Assembly: GCA_044892505.1 (NCBI GenBank)
Contig: CM097882.1
Coordinates: 545,290,001 to 545,354,000, forward strand
DNA from: Schmidtea nova
Taxonomy: Eukaryota
Direction: 5' to 3'
Length of the DNA stretch: 64,000 nucleotides
Of this stretch, positions 59,135 through 64,000 are shown piece by piece. The first letter of the stretch is position 1; every line of letters begins with the position of its first letter. Below the pieces are notes generated by a model, which worked only from the letters and a program-made list of their open reading frames with translations, was not told the DNA's origin and did not search any database. The position numbers and the translations under genes are program-made.

Positions 59135-60490
59135 ATGGATAAAGAGGAACGAGCAGTCGAGATTTTGAGAGCAGCAAACAGAAAGTGGAACAAGAGATTT
59201 GTATGTGGATATTGTAATAATTTATTACGGAAACCAAAGCAAACCACCTGTGGATGTAGATTATGTACTAGATGTGTACAAGTGTTAGAGTTGAAAAGAA
59301 TAACAGAATGTCCAGAATGTAAAGAAGGACAAATAGTGTTAGACGAAACAAGACCAGATAGAGCAACTCAGAGAGAAATCATGAGCATACTAATTGAATG
59401 TATAAATCCACCGTGCATATGGCAAGGACAAATCAGCGAAATTGAAAATCATATAGGAAATTGTGAAGAAAAGAGAAGCGAATGTGAAAAGTGTAAAGAA
59501 ACGATAATTTTAAAAGACAAAGAAAAACACAGAGATGAATGCAAAGAGGAAGAAATCGCATGTGAATATTGCGAAATTCGAGAAACAAGGAGAAAAATTG
59601 AAGAGGAACACATCAATATAAAAGAAGAAAAAATATGCGAACAGTATGTAGGAGTGTGCCCAAACAAATGTGAAATTACCGAAGAAGTGAAATTACGAGA
59701 ACATTGGGAAAAGTGTACAGAAATACCAAGAGAATGTCCTTACAACAGATATGGATGCAAAGAAAAGAAATCTCAACAAAATATGAAACAACATTTAGAA
59801 ACAGAAGCAATCAATCATATTGAAATGACAGACAGAACAATTCAGAAATTAGAAAAAGAAGTGGAATCTCATAAAATAATGATGAACCTATTATTAGAAA
59901 CGAGAGAACAATTTGAATTAACCCGAGAAAAGATGGAAAAGAAAATAATAGCCATCAAGGAATTAGCAAAAGGAATGAAAGTGCAATATAACAAGTTAAT
60001 ACAAGAAATTGATGAGAAAAAAGATTTACCAATAGCACCTTATGTGTGGAAAATAACGGATTTCCGAAATAAATTGGAAGATGCACGAAGCTTCAAGAAA
60101 ACTGCGGTAATAAGCCCACCATTTTACTTATGGAAAAACGGGGCTAAAGTGAGATTGAAAGTATATCCAAACGGAGATGGGACAAGTATTGGAAAACACG
60201 TATCGATATTTTTTGCGTTTTGCAAAGGAGAATATGACTATTTAATCGATTGGCCGATAGGAGTAGGAGTAATGATAAAAATCAGGGGTTTAAACGAAAC
60301 CATAGAAAAGAGATTCACGACAGAAAAAGGAGCAGTTATGAGTAACAGACCAACAGAAGAATGTGGATTAGCAAGTGGAGAACCACACTTTGTATTACAA
60401 AGCAAGATATGGGGATTATTGTATGAGGACACCTTATACATAGAAATGGAAAGGAACGAGAAGGCAGATAGAAAAGGATGGTTGGCGTAG
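59135..60490 (+). CDS. Full-length TRAF-like protein (RING, TRAF zinc fingers, coiled coil, MATH), 451 aa from ATG 59135, intronless
   Basis: CGYC..LLRKPKQTTCGCRLCTRC...CPEC; C...C.W.G...EIENH...C; CPYNRYGC...MKQHL; MATH YVWKITDF...SPPFY...YPNGDG...HVSIFF...GEYD..I.WP. Confidence 0.92.
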   Translation: MDKEERAVEILRAANRKWNKRFVCGYCNNLLRKPKQTTCGCRLCTRCVQVLELKRITECPECKEGQIVLDETRPDRATQREIMSILIECINPPCIWQGQISEIENHIGNCEEKRSECEKCKETIILKDKEKHRDECKEEEIACEYCEIRETRRKIEEEHINIKEEKICEQYVGVCPNKCEITEEVKLREHWEKCTEIPRECPYNRYGCKEKKSQQNMKQHLETEAINHIEMTDRTIQKLEKEVESHKIMMNLLLETREQFELTREKMEKKIIAIKELAKGMKVQYNKLIQEIDEKKDLPIAPYVWKITDFRNKLEDARSFKKTAVISPPFYLWKNGAKVRLKVYPNGDGTSIGKHVSIFFAFCKGEYDYLIDWPIGVGVMIKIRGLNETIEKRFTTEKGAVMSNRPTEECGLASGEPHFVLQSKIWGLLYEDTLYIEMERNEKADRKGWLA

Positions 60491-60595
60491 CAAGAGAAAA
60501 TGATCGTGTAAATAAACTGTACAAAACAATATAAAATGATAAATAAACAAAAATAATAAAAGTAGCCTGATTGAAAATATTTGTAATTATAGAAA

Positions 60596-61699
60596 ATGGG
60601 AAACGTCGAAATCAGTTTACAAGAAGTAACCGAACATCAAGATGAAGTTATTTGTGAGCTTTTAGAACAAATTGAAAGTTGGATCCACGCATATTACCAC
60701 AAACAAAAAGAAGTAGAAAGACAAGCCGAACAAATAACAGAAGCCAAAAGATTAAAGCAATTAAGTCAAGATAAAATAGACGAACTATATGAATTATTGG
60801 AGAAACAAAAAGAATATTATAAAAAGATGATGAAAGAACGACGAGAAGAAAAAGAGCGAGAACGAACAGAAATGGAACGGAAAATGTACTCCATTACCGA
60901 GCAAGCAAGATATTGGAAAAAAGAAGCGAAAGAATCTTATACGAAAGCAAGAGAAATAATCGAAAGAACGGCGTACAGCGATGATTGGAAATTATTTGAA
61001 GAAATCGATAAATTAAAAGAGGAATTAGAACAGAAAACCTATCAGGAAATATCGAGCAAAAAATGGAATAAAAAGAGACAACAATTTATCAGAGAGCAAG
61101 CAGGAAAAATTAAACAACTTATGCACCAGATTGAAAGATCGGAAAGAGAATTGTATTTCAGTAAACAACAATCAGATGCAAACCTCAGAGCAGGGATGCA
61201 GAAAGAGGAAGATATGAAGCGCGATATTAATGGTTATCAAGGAGTAATCACTCAAAAGAAGATAGAATTAAAGAAAACTAAAGAAAGATTAGAAGAAGCA
61301 AAACAAAGCTATGAAGAAAATTTATTAAAATTAGAAGAAGCAAAACAAAGCTATGAGGAAAATTTATTAAATTTAACCAAAGAAAATGAAGAGTTGAAAC
61401 AAAAATTGATACAAAAATTAACACCACCAAAAGAGACAGATATCACCAAAGCAGTAATAAAAATGATGGAAGAGGAAGAGAAAAACAATAAAATAACAGA
61501 ATTAGAAAAACAGATCGAAGCATTAACAGAACAATCAAACTATTTAGAATATCTGTTGGATGAAGAAATCCAATTATCACACTTCTATCGAGACGAAGTA
61601 ACAATGTGGAGAAACACGATAGTGTGGTTACCACCCCCTACAAACCAAGTGGAACCTCAAGATGAAGGTTTTCACGAACCCAATGAGTCGTTAGTATAA
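60596..61699 (+). CDS. Orphan long coiled-coil protein, 367 aa
   Basis: Intact E/K/Q-rich ORF with a 14-aa internal duplication (LEEAKQSYEENLL). Confidence 0.7.
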   Translation: MGNVEISLQEVTEHQDEVICELLEQIESWIHAYYHKQKEVERQAEQITEAKRLKQLSQDKIDELYELLEKQKEYYKKMMKERREEKERERTEMERKMYSITEQARYWKKEAKESYTKAREIIERTAYSDDWKLFEEIDKLKEELEQKTYQEISSKKWNKKRQQFIREQAGKIKQLMHQIERSERELYFSKQQSDANLRAGMQKEEDMKRDINGYQGVITQKKIELKKTKERLEEAKQSYEENLLKLEEAKQSYEENLLNLTKENEELKQKLIQKLTPPKETDITKAVIKMMEEEEKNNKITELEKQIEALTEQSNYLEYLLDEEIQLSHFYRDEVTMWRNTIVWLPPPTNQVEPQDEGFHEPNESLV

Positions 61700-61774
61700 A
61701 AGAAGTGCGAAAATTAGTTGTAAATATCTGTAAAATAACCATGTCAAACTGTATTGACAAATTTGTAAAGTGAA

Positions 61775-62338
61775 ATGAAGAAGCTCACAATACTGATAAT
61801 CCTAAATGTAATCGAAATCACCCAACAAAGAGAAGACCGTGCGATATCAAAAGAAAATCTACAAGTCTTACCCGAGAAAATCTATAAAGAAATAGATGAT
61901 CTATTAAAAGAAACAGTCAAAGAAATCTCTCAAATTCAATTGTCAACAGCACCTAACCCAGTAGCAACGCAACAAACCCTGTGTAAAATCAATAACAAAT
62001 TAGAGAAGATTCGAAAAACCCTAAAAGAAAGTAAAGAAACTATAAAGAGTTTACATCGAGCAGAAATTCAATACCAAGAGAGATGGATCGTTGCGATCAT
62101 AATCGTGTTAACAATTAGTACAACAACCTGCGCAATTACCATTCTCATCGCAGTATACAGAATAAAGATCTTAAAACAAAAACAATCAATCATCAATCAA
62201 ACAACAGCACATGATGACAATGCCCGAAGACGAATGAGAAATCAGCTCAACAGAATACGAACCCAATACGAGTTACCAGTAATTCCACAGAACCAGTCCA
62301 ATCCAGTGCGAGTTATGAACTATTTATATAAACCATAA
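61775..62338 (+). CDS. Orphan predicted membrane protein, 187 aa (signal, coiled coil, TM)
   Basis: MKKLTILIILNVIEI signal-like start, coiled coil, and TM WIVAIIIVLTISTTTCAITILIAVY. Confidence 0.65.
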   Translation: MKKLTILIILNVIEITQQREDRAISKENLQVLPEKIYKEIDDLLKETVKEISQIQLSTAPNPVATQQTLCKINNKLEKIRKTLKESKETIKSLHRAEIQYQERWIVAIIIVLTISTTTCAITILIAVYRIKILKQKQSIINQTTAHDDNARRRMRNQLNRIRTQYELPVIPQNQSNPVRVMNYLYKP

Positions 62339-62500
62339 GTACTTAACAAAATATTTGATTAACAATTATCTGAATTTTCTTTATATTTTCTTCGTGATTA
62401 CGTATAGAATAAACTCACCTTATGTGAATCTGTATACATATGTACCAAGCGTAAAAATTTTTTTTTTATGAATGTTGAATATAAGTAAATTGTATAATTA

Positions 62501-62534
62501 ATTGCGGGACGCAATTTTAGGGGTCCCCGAGTGA
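62501..62534 (+). promoter_or_regulatory. Putative plus-strand priming region before the 3' LTR
   Basis: ATTGCG-GGA-CGCAAT hairpin then TTTAGGGGTCCCCGAGTGA just before TGTTGG; a weak purine tract. Confidence 0.35.
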
Positions 62535-64000
62535 TGTTGGATCCACCATTTGGTCCACATTTAACATAAATAATAAGAATAATAAGAAATAAATAGGAAT
62601 AAATTAAATTAATGTAATTACGAGAAGTTTCAGAAAGGATGAATTAAAAAGTAATAAAAATATTAATTTAATATCAAAATTAGAAGAAAGTAAATGGAAA
62701 ATGTAAAAGTGTTAAAGAAAAAATGATATTTAATTATATTTAAATAAAAAGAAAGTAAAGCAAATAAGTAGAATTACAGAAAATAATAAAAATCAAAACA
62801 GCAAATTGCTAGCAATTGACAACAAACCAATTGATTTTAGCGTTAATAAAATTTATTATTTGTGCTGATCTGATGATCAGCTTCAAGCTGATTGGTTCAG
62901 CATTTGATCTGGTCAGTATAAATACTGATCCAGATTCAGTTAAAGTTAGATGAAATTTTTTTTCTTTCAACATTTTGTTGTATGCAAATTTTGTGAAGAC
63001 AATATTTTTGAAAAACTAAAAGGTATGAGTATTTTGTTTTTTATTATATTATGAATTCTGACATTGCCATTATAGTTATTTAAATGAAATTAATAAACCT
63101 TTCTGAATATGTTACATTCTTTTGAATATAGAATTAAGTTAAGCTTCTTCCACTGTGCAATCAGTGGAAGGAGACGACTCTATTTATCTATTTATTTATC
63201 TTTTATTGAGCTTCTTCCATCGTGTAATCGGTGGAAGGAGACAACCTTAGTGTAGTATGCTAACCATTACTTACAAGTATATATTTTTTAGAAGTAATTT
63301 TTGGGTCGAGCTTCTTCCACTGTGCAATCAGTGGAAGGAGGCGAATATATATTATTTATATACTGTAGTTATAGTAGAGATATACGTACGATTCAAGGGG
63401 CTCCGATCACCGTGCAATCGGTGAAATGGAGGCATACTGTGCCGAGTAGAATGACTGCTCCGTACAGTTGGGCCGTCCGACCGGTGTAAAGCGCCGTGAA
63501 GAGGGTAGGATTTTTATTTAACCATGATTTCTAACCTTAATTTTCACTGGATATTATAACCAGTTGAAGTTTTTATTTCATAACAGATTTGATTTTCATG
63601 AGTTTATAGTTGAGTAGAGTTTGATTTTAGTTTGAGACAGATATAGCTGTGATTTTATTAATCTGATTTTATATTTGAATTCACCGAATGTTAATCTATA
63701 TTTTTTGATTGTCACATCTGGGGTTTGTGGGCATAAAGCGGCAGATACACGGTTAAGAATTTGTACATAATACATTTTTTAAACATAACCATTTCAAAAA
63801 TCGATAATTTAATAGCGTAGTGATCTACTACGCAAGTAACATAGCAGCAATAGGCTATAGGATCAAACATTCCACATAAATGATTAAATATAATTACTTA
63901 TCCTGAACCCTGTACATAGGGCAGCAGATCTTAGTTTATTTAAATAATTTCGTATCCTGATTGCTGTACATAGCACAGGCATGAATAAATAAAATATATC
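62535..64000 (+). repeat. 3' LTR (truncated by the window end)
   Basis: 62554-64000 matches 40323-41769. The start at TGTTGG is inferred. Confidence 0.9.

Larger units (their letters stand above)
40304..64000 (+). mobile_element. Giant (~25 kb inferred) Ty3/gypsy-related LTR element with envelope and host-modulator cargo, lacking RT/RNase H/integrase; 3' end beyond the window
   Basis: Direct repeat 40323-41769 = 62554-64000 (offset 22231), PBS at 43102, gag with CCHC knuckles, retropepsin and class III-like env. The start at 40304 is inferred from the 3' LTR because it falls in Ns. Confidence 0.9.

Noticed and set aside
46555-61634. Many minus-strand ORFs (e.g. 47321-47926, 48102-48623, 58288-58758) and short off-frame plus ORFs
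   Set aside because: Hydrophobic F/L/S/I-rich shadows of the A-rich coding strand, with no motifs.

Overview
AT-rich eukaryotic genomic DNA with several N-masked blocks. Introns of 50-75 nt, a cluster of divergent dynein light chains and the type of giant retroelement suggest a flatworm, probably a planarian (inference). Left part (1-40 kb): four divergent LC8-type dynein light chain genes, two of them a near-identical inverted pair; an intronless white/ABCG half-transporter with a degenerate signature; the first two exons of an OSBP gene; a decayed hAT; an apparently intact Charlie/Buster-type hAT with a perfect 8-bp TSD and a spliceable intron; MITEs; Ty3/gypsy debris; and a Polinton/Maverick-like fragment. 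Right part (~40.3 kb to the window end): one young ~25-kb LTR element. Its inferred ~2.8-kb LTRs are ~99.5% identical over the 1.45 kb that can be compared, and it has a tRNA-Pro-type PBS. It encodes Gag with 3 CCHC knuckles, then a ~4,000-codon polyprotein frame with 3 ubiquitin-like domains, an AT-hook, a Bcl-2-like domain, a chuvirus/gB-like class III envelope, a retropepsin, two ankyrin clusters and an FN3-repeat membrane protein. I can find no RT, RNase H or integrase in it. Separate ORFs encode an IAP-type RING, a full TRAF and four orphans. All six small ORFs have an AG 2-4 nt before the ATG, usually T-rich, suggesting a spliced or trans-spliced polycistron. The LTR carries two families of covarying hairpins. 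This element is the main candidate for an undescribed system. All domain calls are by eye, without database searches.
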